From assembly GCA_965240325.2 (NCBI GenBank), contig OZ251225.1:682001-746000 (forward strand): a stretch of 64,000 bases of DNA, in the 5' to 3' direction. This DNA comes from Rebecca billardiae RCC1528. Taxonomy: Eukaryota > Protista > Haptophyta. Under the pieces are notes generated by a model, which was given only the letters and a program-made list of their open reading frames with translations, was not told the DNA's origin and ran no database searches. This document shows, piece by piece, positions 1-11,008 of the stretch. Each line of letters starts with the position of its first letter. Position 1 is the stretch's first letter. Both the position numbers and the translations under genes were made by a program.

Positions 1-3000
1 ACGCGAGCGCGCGCGCGCCGTCGAGCGACGGGCCGCCGGCGCCGCCTTCGCGCGGCCGCGGCTGGGAGGCGCGCCACGCGACGACGGAGGCGAGCTCGTC
101 GCGCAGCTCGGCGACGGTGCCGCGCAGCCCGTCGTTCTCCTCGCGCAGCGCCTGCGCCCGCAGCCGCTCGCGCTCGAAGTCCCACTCGCCGCCGCCGCGC
201 AGCGCGTCGAGCTGCTGCAGCAGCGCCGCGTGCGCCGCGCGCACCGACTCGGCCGGCGCGGCGCGCGCGAGCTCGGCCTCGGCGGCGGCGAGCTCGGCGC
301 GCAGGATGGAGGCGCCCGCGCGCAGCGCGCCGAGCTGCTCGCCCAGCGACTCCCGCGCGCGCACCGTCTCGGCCAGCTCCTCGTGCAGCCCGTCGTGCAC
401 GCGCAGCGAGCGCTGGCGCTCGTCGGTGAGCGCGGCGCGCGCGGCGCTCAGCTGCGCGGCCGCGTCGCGCGCCGCCGCCTCGTGTGCGCGCTGGAGCTCC
501 GAGGCGAGGGCGCGCGCCTCGGTGGGCTCGTCGGAGGAGGCGTCGAGCGTGAGGTCCTGCGGCGCCGCGCGGGGCGGCGGGCGCCGAGGCGCGCAGACCG
601 ATCAATCGCGCGCGGCGCGCGGATGGCCGCGGGGCGGCGGCGCGCGGCGCGCCGCGCGCGGCGCGGCGCAGCGTCGCGGCGCAGCGCGCGGCGGCGCGCG
701 GCGGCGCGCGGCGGCGCGCGCACCGGCGGGAGCGGCAGCTCGTCGTGCGCCTCGGGAGCGGCCTGGCGCAGCGTGCGCCGCGCGTCGAGCGCCGCCTCCG
801 CCAGCGCCGCGTTGCGCAGCAGCAGCCGGCGCACCTGCGCCGCCGCCGCCTGCAGGCTCTGCGCGAGCTCGGCGGCGGCGCGGCCGTCGGCGCCGGGCGG
901 CGCGGCCGCGTCGGCGGCGGCGGCGGCGGCGAGCGCGGCAGCGCGAGCGGAGACGGCGTCGACCGAGCCGAGGGCGAGGTGCGCCTCGAGCAGCGAGCGC
1001 GCGTCAGCCTCACCCGGCGCGAGCGGCGCGCGCGGCATCGTGCCGCCCACGCTGAACTCGCGCGTCTGCGCGAGGCTGGCTGGCGGCGAGCGCTGCGGTT
1101 GCCCCAGTCCCTGCGGCTGCGGCGGCCGCGGCCGCGCGGCTGGCGGCGACGGCGGTGTTGCGCTCCCAGCGGCGCTCTGCGCGCGGGGCTCGACGCCGTC
1201 GGCGCCGAGGCTGTCGCGCGCGGCGCGCGGCGCCGATCGCGCGGCCAGCTCGCCGCCCGCGCCGCTCGCGCGGCCGCCGGATGCGCCTTCGTCGTCGGTG
1301 GCGGTGGCGGCGGCGCCGCCGCTGTCCCCGCCCGCGTCGGCGGCGGCGGCGCCGCCGCCGCCGCCGACGGCGGCGCTCGCCGCGCCGCCCGGCACCGCGC
1401 CGCCCTTGGAGAAGCCCGCGCGCACGATGGTGGCGTGCGTGGGGCCGGCGCGGGCGGGCTCGCGCATGCTGCCCACGCGCGAGACGCTGCCCCCCTCGCC
1501 CTCATCCGCCTGGCGCCCCTCCGCGCCGCCGCCGTCCGCGCCGCCGCCGCCGCCGTCCGCGCCGCCGCCGCCGCCGTCCGCGCCGCCGCCGCCGCCGCCC
1601 GCGCCGCCGGATCCGCCGCCCGCGCCAGCGGCGGCGGCGTGCGCGGCGTGGTGTGCGCCGAGCGGCGGCGTGGCTGCGGGCACGACGAGCCCGAGCGCCT
1701 CGCGCACCTCGCGCGCCTCGCGCCCCCCGCCCACCGCCCTCGCGAGCACGTCGAGCTGCAGCTCGAGCGTGGCGCGCGCGCAGTCCAAGTCGCGCAGCTG
1801 CGCGGCGCGCGCGGCCGCGCGCACGCGCCACGCCTCCGCCTCGGCGCGGGCGGCGTCGCGCTCGGCCTCGAGGGCGAGCGTGGCGCCGCGCTGCCGCGCG
1901 ACCAGCGCCTCGCGCTCCGCCTGCAGCGCCTCCACCCGCTCCACCGCGCCCGCCGCCTCGCGCAGCGCGCGGCCCTCGAAGGCGGCGCCGCGCGCGTCCG
2001 CCGCCACGGCCGCGCGCGCCGCTTGGAGCTCGGCCTCGCGAACGGCGGTGGCGAGGAGGGAGGCGGCGATGGCGGCGGCGCGCGCCTCGGAGGTGCGCTC
2101 GTCCGCGCGCGCCCTCTCCGCGCCGAGCAGCGCCGCCGCGCCGCGCTCGCGCTCGCGCGCCGCGCGCAGCTCCGCCGCCTCGGCGCCGAGCGAGGCCGCC
2201 GCCGCCTCGGCCGCGTCGGCGCGCGCGGCCGCGCCGCCGAGCGCGGCCGCGTGCGCGGCCGCGGCCGCGAGCGCGGCGTCGCGCGCGGCGTCGGCGTCGG
2301 TGCGCGCGGCGGCGTGCGCGGCGAGCGCCGCCTCCGCCTCCGCGAGCGCCGCCTCCGCCGCCGCCGCCCGCCGCCGCGCCTCGCCCACCTCGTCCGCCGC
2401 CAGCAGCGCGGCCTCATCCGCGTCCGCGCGCGCACCGTCCGCGGCCGCGGCCGCGCGCGCGAGCTGCAGCCGCAGCTCGACGGCCTGCGCCTCGGCGTCG
2501 AGGCGCGCGGCGTCGGCGTCGATCGCGCGCGCCTCGAGCGCCTCGCGCGCCGCGTCCGCCTCGCGGAACCGCCCGCGCCACGCCACGAGCTCGCCCACCA
2601 GCCGATCGCGCTCACCGTCACGCGTCGCGGCGTCCGCCGCCATCGCGTCCGTCAGGCTGCCGAGCCGCGCGGCCGCCGCCGCGATGTCGACGGGCACGTC
2701 GCGCCGCGCGGCGCGCGCGGCCTCCTCGGCGGCAAGGCGCGCGTCGAGCTGCGCCGCGAGCTCGCGCTGCGCGTGCGCGCGCGCGTGCACCCAGCCGAGC
2801 AGCCGGCGCACGCGCCGCGTGCCGGCCACCGGCAGCGTCGAGCGCGCGCGCAGCGCCGCGCCCGTGCGCAACACGCCCGCGCACCCGTCGGCCGGCGCAG
2901 ACGCGTCCGGCAGGCAGAGCGCGGCGGTGGCGCAGTCGCCGCCGAGCGCGTCCTCGACGAGCTGCGCCAGCTCCACCGCCTTCACGCCGCCCGACTCGAG

Positions 3001-3798
3001 CGCCGCCCGCGCCGCCAGCGCCGCCGCGCTGCTCGTGCCCGCGGCCGCGCCCAACGCGCCCACCAGCGCCACGCCCAAAGGGTCAGTCGGGGCGCCCGTG
3101 TGCACGTGAGCAAGCACGAGCTGCGCGCTCGCGCCGCCCGGCGCGGGCGCGCCGAGGAGGCCGGCGGCGTCGGCGCCGCCGCCGCCGCCCGCCGCCGCGT
3201 CGACGCTCACCACGAGGAACGACGAGCCCGGCGGGCGCTGCGCAAGCGCGTGCGCGCGCGCGCCGTCGAGCGCGGCGCCGAGCGCGGCCGCGTCGGCGCC
3301 GCGCAGGTCGAGCGCACGCGCGCCCGGGATGGAGATGGGCGAGACGCCCGCGACGCCGGGCGCGAGCGGCACGGCCGCCTTCTGCGCGTCGAACAGGTCG
3401 ACGACGCGCTCGCGCTCCGCCGGGAGGCACGCGACGCAGCGCGCGAGCAGCGAGCGCTCGAGCCCGACAGTCGCGCCCAGCGTGCCGAGCGCCATCCGGC
3501 AGAGCTCGCTGTGCAGCTCGACCGCGCGGCGGCCGGAGCCGATGACGAAGAACGTCGCGTTGATGCCGCGGCCCACCGAGTCGAGCAGCGGGCGCACCAC
3601 CGTCGCGTACACGTCCGCGGGCGGCGCGGCGGCGTCCAGCACCCGGTCAAAGCCAAACACACCCCGCCCGCCGGCGGGCGTGAGCAGCTCGATGGAGGTG
3701 CCTTGCACGAGCAGGCGGGTGGCGCCGCGCGCGTCTTCTGCGTCGCCCGGCGCCGTGCGCGGCTGCGCGAAGACCGTCACGCGCTCGGCGTCGGCCAT
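1..3798 (-). CDS. Kinesin-motor-like (degenerate) N-terminal domain plus long coiled coil, possibly CCDC78-like; 3' end runs off window; exons 3798-724 and 556-<1
   Basis: ORF 448..3903(-), ATG at 3798 (MADAERVTVFAQPR). The segment FGFDRVLD...VYATVVRPLLDSVGRGINATFFVIG matches the kinesin motor N-terminus, followed by Ala/Glu/Arg heptads. A GT-AG intron 723-557 restores the frame (LPLPP|DLTLDASSDE). Confidence 0.7.
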
Positions 3799-5403
3799 GC
3801 CCTCAATCACAGCGAGGCGTACACCCCGCGACAGCTCCCGCGCCCTCCATCGTGGCCGCCTTGAAACGGCTGCTCGGCCGTTTGCACTGGCCACTGGGGA
3901 CACGGCACCCAGGGTCGGAGAAAATCGGCGCGCTTTTTATTTCCGCCTTGCATTTATTCAGCCGCGCGCTGCGCGGCGGACGCGCGCGTCTCGGGCGAGC
4001 GGGCGACGGCGCCGCGCTCCCGTGCGTGTGGACGATCCCGCGAGCGCAGAGCCGGCGAGCTAGGCTGGGCAGTCGTGCTGAAGTGCCATTCGCCGCTTCG
4101 CGCCGCGCATCGCATTCGGCTGTACTTGCCTCGGGCCAGCACTTGTCTGTGCACACCGCCACACGGCCAGCCCGTCGCCCGCGTGCGCCATGCGAGGTGA
4201 GACACACACGGAGCATGCGCTTCCGCGCGGCGAGGCCTACGCTGTACGCACTGCGCTACCTTGCGCCGCCGCGCATGAGCGCGGGTCCGAACAGCTGCGT
4301 GCAGGTGTGCTGATTGCATCATTCATACGAGCCGATTGGTCGAACAAGCGCTCTGGCCCGACGATGACGTTGCAGCGCACGCCATGCTGATATGCGGTGA
4401 CGCGGAGCATGTGCGCTCGCGCGGAGTGGCCACACGCGTGACCGCTGTCCAGCTCTGCCCCGGCATTGAACTCCGTGACTCGTGCTCCGACGTCAATCTT
4501 GGCCCGAGCTAGTACGTGCATGTATGCGTGCTGATGCAGAATATACCTGAACGAGGCCCATGATGGCCTGCCTGCGTGTATGTGCCTCCTCGGATGACAC
4601 GGCGCGTGTATGAATGTGTGTATACTACCTTGTCAAGCAGTAGCTCACGTCTGGACGTTCGTGTCGAACTTGACGGTGCGCATCGTGCACACACGGTCAG
4701 CCTTGATAGACGCACCCGTGCAGCCGGAAGGCAGCATCAGCCTGCCTAAGACGTGAGCATCCAGCCCCGACGCCGCTTCCGGTGCCTGAATGGCGCGCGC
4801 TCCTTTCACGCGGGAATGTGCTCACTACATCACTATCCAGAAGGGCGCATGTCCGTGCTTTGCATGCTCACATGACCCTCGCCGTAGGTCGATGCCAACC
4901 GCTGCGTGATGCTCGATCATGCCTTTTGACGGCTGTGTGACCCGTGCAGATGCGTATGCCAGGCAGCGTACTGTGACGAGCGATGACGCGTGCATACACT
5001 ACCTGGACATTGCCCAGTGCAACCAAGTGCCGGACGCCGACGCCGCTGCTCGCGGCACGCGTGCAGTCAGCCGAGGAATGCACACAACTTCCTTGTTGGT
5101 GCGGCGCACGCGATGGCCTGAGGCGCGGCGGATGCAGTGATTCCGAACGGCGAGCGGTGGAACGACGCAAATGGCTGCTCTTCAGCCGCGCTCAACCACG
5201 CGCACCGCCTTCGCGGGCACGCAACTACCGCAGGAGGGCGCGCAGTCGGCGCCCATCTCGCCCCTCCAGCGCCGCCCAGCGCGCTGTCAGCGCAGCCGCC
5301 AGCGGCAGAGGTTGGTGGTGCTCTGACGGCATCACCAACATATTCGGAAAAGAAAATCCCCACCCGAAATTCCTGCGCCCAGTGGTGCTTTCCGGACCAA
5401 TTC

Positions 5404-6897
5404 GGGGCGATGGCCGACGCGACGGGAGTGGTGGGTTTGGCAGTCCGCGGCGGTTATCGCGTTATGACTGCCGCGTCGCTGCTCCGCCGCCGCCCGTGCC
5501 CCTCCCCGCTAGGTGGGCGTACCCGGCCGGACGCGGGCTCGGCGCTCGCAGCGGCATCGCCGGAGTGACCGGACGGTGACGAGATGTGAGTCGGAAGCAG
5601 CTCGCCTTTGCGGCGCGGGTACCAAGCGGAAAGTGAGCGTACCTGCAGGCGGGCCGACCCTCGGCGTGACAGGCGCACCTTCGGGGCCGGTCAGGGGAGC
5701 CCACGTCGTGCAGCCGACCGCTTCCGCCGCGACTGCCCCCCGGCGCACCCTGCCCCGGCCGACGCCTGAGCACAGCGGCCCCGCCCGGGCCCGGGGCCCC
5801 CGGGCGGCAGGCCGCGGCGGCGCCGGCACACTCACGGACAGCCAGCGGCGCTCCTCCGCCTCCTTCGTTCTTCGTTCATCGGTGTCCCCTCGGTGTTGCG
5901 AGCAGCGCGCGCATTCATCCCGCCCGGCCTCGTCATGAAATTGCACCCGTGCTGCTTCTGGGTCCCCTGCGGCTTCCGGCGCTGGGCGCACAGTGGAGCG
6001 GAGTGTGAGGGGGCGGTGCGCTGTCGTCCATCGTGCGCGCTCTTCGCTCGTCACCACCCTCTGCCTCGCTCGAGCGCGGCGCGCGCTCCGCGCATTCTGC
6101 CTCGCTCGTGCGCCAGCGCGCTTTTATCCTGGGGATGACGCGTGCATCCGTGCTGCTTCGGCGTCCTCCTGCACCGTCCGGCGGCCGAGCGCACAGCGGG
6201 GCGACGCGGGAGGTGCCGGTGCAGGGGCGTCCGTCGCGGTCACTCAGCGCTCATCGCCGTCTGCTTCGCTCGAGCGAGAGCGCCCTCAGCGCATTCATCA
6301 CGCCCGGATGCCGCCAGTCGCCACGCGGGGGGCAGGGCGGCGAGGCAGCGCCCGCCCGCAGCGCCCCGCGCCCCGTGGACGCTGACTCAAGCCGCACCCA
6401 CCCCAGCGCGGCGATCCCACGCCAGGGAGGGCGGGCGGGAGGCGGAGGAGCGCCGCTGGCTGTCCGTGAGTGTGCCGGCGCCGCCGCGGCCTGCCGCCCG
6501 GGGGCCCCGGGCCCGGGCGGGGCCGCTGTGCTCAGGCGTCGGCCGGGGCAGGGTGCGCCGGGGGGCAGTCGCGGCGGAAGCGGTCGGCTGCACGACGTGG
6601 GCTGCCCTGACCGGCCCCGAAGGTGCGCCTGTCACGCCGAGGGTCGGCCCGCCTGCAGGTACGCTCACTTTCCGCTTGGTACCCGCGCCGCAAAGGCGAG
6701 CTGCTTCCGACTCACATCTCGTCACCGTCCGGTCACTCCGGCGATGCCGCTGCGAGCGCCGAGCCCGCGTCCGGCCGGGTACGCCCACCTAGCGGGGAGG
6801 GGCACGGGCGGCGGCGGAGCAGCGACGCGGCAGTCATAACGCGATAACCGCCGCGGACTGCCAAACCCACCACTCCCGTCGCGTCGGCCATCGCCCC
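5404..6897. repeat. Long near-perfect inverted repeat (foldback), arms ~5404-5863 and ~6438-6897, spacer with diverged ~200-bp direct repeats
   Basis: GGGGCGATGGCCGACGCGACGGGAGTGG at 5404 is the reverse complement of the sequence ending at 6897. Identical peptides appear in opposite-strand ORFs (5454..5678- vs 6623..6847+). Confidence 0.9.
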
Positions 6898-7130
6898 ATA
6901 ACCGCGCGCGCGTCGTGCTCCTTCTGGCGATCCGGTGTTACGATACGCTGATGATGCTGCAGGGGTTGCCTGGGGCCGCCAGTCGCCACGCGGGGGGCAG
7001 GGCGGCGAGGCAGCGCCCGCCCAAAGGGGCGCAGCGCCAGGCGCCACGCCGGCATGGCCGGCGTCGGCCGGCGCGGCCGAGGCCAGGCCCGGCCCCGACC
7101 CCAGAAGGAGCACGACGCGCGCGCGGTTAT
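6898..7130. mobile_element. Small MITE-like unit bounded by perfect 30-bp inverted repeats
   Basis: ATAACCGCGCGCGCGTCGTGCTCCTTCTGG (6898-6927) vs CCAGAAGGAGCACGACGCGCGCGCGGTTAT (7101-7130). The interior repeats ~6308-6360. No TSD found. Confidence 0.55.
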
Positions 7131-7132
7131 TG

Positions 7133-8209
7133 CTAATACTGCAGTCATGTTGAAGCACCCCCCCCATGTCCTTCTGTGGGGGGGGGTGCACCCTGCTCGA
7201 AGGGCTGATGGGCAGCAGGGGGGGGGGGGGTGCAACCTGCTCAAGCTCAGGCTGGCGGGCTGCAGGGGGGGGGGGGGTGCTCGCACCCCGATTGAGCAGG
7301 CCCATTGGGTGCTGCGGCAGGCGCGCGCCGCGGGCCCGGGCAGGCCGTCGCAGTGCAGGAAGTGGTCCCAGAGCTCTGCAGAGCGCGCCTGCGGCGCAAT
7401 GACTGGCCTTCATAGCAGTAGTCTTCATCACCCATCCGCCATCTCATGATATCCGCCTAAGCGGGGGCCATCGCGCCGAGCGCACCGCGCGTGACTCGTG
7501 TCGGCGCGGCCGACCGTGACGTCTACGGACTGCTCGGCCTCGGACGCTCGTCACTCCCGACTGGGACGCGGCCGCCGACTGCACGAGCGGCACCCTGCCT
7601 AGGGCGGTCGGCGCGTCGCTGCTCGCGACGCACCTACTCCGAAGCAGACGCCCCTCGCCGGCCCGCAAGCTCGGCCACCATGCCACCGCGTGGCGAGCGC
7701 AACCGGTTGCGCTCTGGGCTGACCAAGCCAGCAACCGGGAGCGGCGCGGACGCCGCGCCACCGCGTCCGCCTGCCGTCGCGGTTGGATTGAGCACGGACC
7801 GTAGCACGAAGGCACGTGGCGTGCCAGCGCGCTGCCAGCCCACCAGCGCTCTCCGTTGCACGTACGCGCACAACGCACGCTTGGCCGGGCGCCCGGGGCC
7901 GCGGGGGAATCCAGCGCCGCCATCGTCTCGATCAGAGCGCCAGCCTTCGGCTATGCTGTGCATCCTCATAGAAAGCACGCCAAAAAGGGCCAAAATTTTC
8001 TTCGCCTCGGCCCGGCGGGGCCCCGGGGGAGGCCCCCCGGACCCCCCGCTGTGGGTCCGGGGGCTGGCGCCCCCGGACTTCCGGTGCAGGGGGGGGGGGC
8101 TACCACCTCGGGGCGCCAGACGCTGCAGGGGGGGGTCGCAACCTGATCAGGCTCAGAAGGCCCCACAGAAGGACACAGTGGCAGGGTTACAACATGACTG
8201 CAGTATCAG
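7133..8209. mobile_element. Non-autonomous TIR element (~50-bp imperfect TIRs, ATACTGCAGTCATGTTG core)
   Basis: CTAATACTGCAGTCATGTTG...TGTCCTTCTGTGGGG (7133-7180) vs CCCCACAGAAGGACA...CAACATGACTGCAGTATCAG (8161-8209). A decayed third copy of this end lies at ~15835-15877. Confidence 0.6.
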
Positions 8210-8267
8210 GACTATGGTACGACGATTTCTTAAATAAGACTCATCATCATCTACACCTTTATATTAA

Positions 8268-8831
8268 AGGGTCAACCCACTATAAATAACTGTCAGGCAG
8301 CGCCATTCGCCGACGAGTGCCCACGGCCCACGTGCGCAAGTTTGTGCGACATTCACAGCGACGACGAGGTCGCGGAACCCGGCCGCTCCGACGCGCTCTT
8401 GACTTCCGCGTGGGACGTGCGGGGAGGTCAATCTCTGAACACATCCTCATTGTCGACGGTGCCGACCTCGCCGCCCTGAATGTCGCACAAATTTGAGAAT
8501 GGCACCTCGGGCGTGGGCCGCGACACGCATGCCAGGTCAGCGCGGCGCTCTGTGGGCAAGCGCGCCAAGGGGCGCAGCGAGTCCGGTGCGGCTGTCGTGT
8601 CACGGGTCGATCGCGAGCGCCGAGTCGGCAGTCGCAGCCGCGCGCGCGCCGCGCCGCAGGCGCCGGGTCGCCCGGGGGAGAAGGCGCCGCTGCAGCGCTC
8701 CTTCTGCCATCACGCGATCCGCCGGCAGGAAGACCTGACTTGCGCCCAGTTTTGACCAAAACGATGAATCTTCAACTCCGCGCGCTCTGAGCGGCTCTGG
8801 GTAAACCTGACAGTTATAGTGGGACGGCCCT
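8268..8831. mobile_element. MITE, Harbinger- or Kolobok-type ends
   Basis: TIRs AGGGTCAACCCACTATA[AATA]ACTGTCAGG / CCTGACAGTTATAGTGGGACGGCCCT; flanks (T)TAA and TTA(G). Confidence 0.6.
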
Positions 8832-9707
8832 TTAGGCAGGCAGTAGGCATGATGAGGGCCACGCGGCTCGCCTGACTCGTCTGTCGAAGTACTGATTGGA
8901 GGCGGAGGATGTGTAAGCGCGTTGGCCGCGGATGATCATGAGGGATGGAGTCGTCGCCGATGCTGATCATACATACCGCGGAGGAGTACACGGTGCACGG
9001 CGCACGCCGCAGCGCGGCGCGACGGGCGGCGGCGCGGCGCGCTCGGAATTTATTCCGAAAGAGGGCCCGAGCGTACGGGCCGACGCGCCCACTCGCGGCG
9101 CGCCCCGCGCGCGCCCCGCCTAATGCGCGAGCACACGCGAGGCGCGGGTCGACACGCTGGGGTGCGCGGCGCGGCCGTCAACAGCTCCCCCCCGTGTTGA
9201 CGAGCGTCCCGGGTTCCATTTTCCGGACTCCCCTTGAGCTAAACTTTGAAAAAGCGTATTCGTCGTCACGAAATCACGTCGTCAGAAAGTGCATGTAGAC
9301 TCCTGCTCATAGCAAGGGCTTACATTGAACATAGCTACCTGGTGCCCATACTCGGCTGCCAAAGGCCTGCTTGCTATTTACTGCGGCCCTTGTGAGCCCC
9401 TCCCCTGGTGACCATGCATATTTACTATCTAGTGACGATAATTAACCGCGCCGGCGCGGGTCCGAACGAGGATCACGCGCCCGGGCCCAAGCATGCATAT
9501 TTGAATGAAGCCTGTTGCTTATTGTCGTGGGTTTCGTGAGCGACGGCTCGGCGCGAAAGTAGTAGTTAGTGATCAAGATTCGGCTGGTCACGTAATCGAG
9601 CGCAGCGCGCCGACCCCTGCAGGTTTTTTACCGCGGCGCGCCGCGGGCCCTGCTCCCTACCGGGGGCAACGCAAAAAGAGGCCAGGCGGGTCGACTCGAC
9701 GGCGCGC

Positions 9708-10018
9708 ATGGCCATGGGGCGCCTTGCGACCGTGTGCGGCGCTCTGCTGCTTGGGCTGGCGGTCGTCCACGGCCAGAATCTGCCGCCACCGCCGCCCTCG
9801 CCGCCGCCATCGCCGCCGCCGCCCGCGCCGCCGCCGCCACCGCCGCCCTCGCCGCCGCCCTCGCCGCCGCCGCCCGCGCCGCCGCCGCCACCGCCGCCCT
9901 CGCCGCCGCCCTCGCCGCCGCCGGGAGGGGCGGGGGCTCCCGAGCCGCCGCCGCCGCCGCCGCCCTCGCCGCCGCCCTCGCCGCCGCCGCCCACGCCGCC
10001 GCCGCCGCCGCCGCCCAC

Positions 10019-10060
<42 letters not shown>

Positions 10061-10073
10061 CTCGCCGCCACCA

Positions 10074-10115
<42 letters not shown>

Positions 10116-10536
10116 AGGTTCTGCGAGGATCATCCACTTGCCTGTGTTGGAGGGGTACGCGCAAGCTGCGTGAGTGCCTGGGGCGTTCTGGTGTCGTCTG
10201 GGGTCGTCGGCAGGTGCCCCGCGAACGTGCCCCCGCGGTGCCCTGCATGTGTACACCGCTCACGCGCGCGCTCCCTTATGCCCGTGGATGGTGTGTTGGC
10301 AGGCCATTCGCATCATGCGCAAGTACGTCAAGCCGTTCCTCCAGTACCTCCAGGTGCTCAAGGTGCGCGTGTTGTGCAACTTCATCCTGACCGCATTCGC
10401 GCTCGGGGACAAGTGCGACTCGGCCGACGGGCAAGCGGTACCGTGGTTTGATCGCGGTCAAGCAGCGGCAGCCGGAGCGGCACGCCCCGACGACCTGTTA
10501 TTCCGCGACAGCTCGGCGCCCCCTGCGGCGCCTTAG
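9708..10536 (+). CDS. Secreted Ser-Pro-rich (extensin/HRGP-like) protein; exons 9708-10154, 10303-10536
   Basis: Signal peptide MAMGRLATVCGALLLGLAVVHG and (SPPP)n/poly-Pro tract. GT-AG intron 10155-10302 joins ACVGG to AIRIMRKYVKPFLQYLQVLK in frame. The 3' structure is uncertain. Confidence 0.65.
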
Positions 10537-10739
10537 ACTTGGTCCAGGATGCCAGGGAGGCTATGCCAGGAACGGACATGAACATCTAACTTTAGGTGGC
10601 CTCGGCTTCGCCGCCCACCATCCGGAATTGAGTACTTGAATTAGAGCGGAATATAACTCGGCACCCGAGTTGTTGTCGTTGACGGTTCTGTCTTCAATGA
10701 GTCCAATCACCGTAGCTAAGCAGAGTTGACATTATGACG

Positions 10740-11008
10740 TGCACGCTGCTCAGGTTCACTCTGCAGACCCCAGGGACCACCCCGCAGTTAGTTGGGCTTG
10801 TAAGTTTGTATGCTGTTGGCAATGATGGCATAGTCATACCCCCGCCTCCTCTGGAGGCGGGCTATCCACAGTGGAGTGGCCTGTCAGGGCACTATGACTA
10901 ACTAGGTAAGTAGGTGTCTCGGTCTTACCAGTGGTTTGAGGTTGGGTGGGGGTGGTGGTTGGTTGGGGGCTGGCCAGGGTAGGGCTGGAGGCTTCGGCCG
11001 CCAGTCTG
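10740..11008 (+). repeat. Decayed copy of the 3' end of the dispersed repeat at ~31775-31986
   Basis: Shared text CAGTGGTTTGAGGTTGGGTG..GGTTGGGGGCTGGCCAGGGTAGGGCTGGAGGCTTCGGCCGCCAGTCTG; this copy carries many small insertions. Confidence 0.85.

Noticed and set aside
117-3864. Very long + strand ORFs (230..3109, 745..3864, 1155..3545) and similar Arg/Ala/Pro-rich ORFs throughout
   Set aside because: Antisense or off-frame shadows of GC-rich genes. Stop codons are rare at this GC content, and the products have no motifs.
4190-5400. Short ORFs upstream of the kinesin-like gene
   Set aside because: No codon bias, splice logic or domain similarity that I can support.
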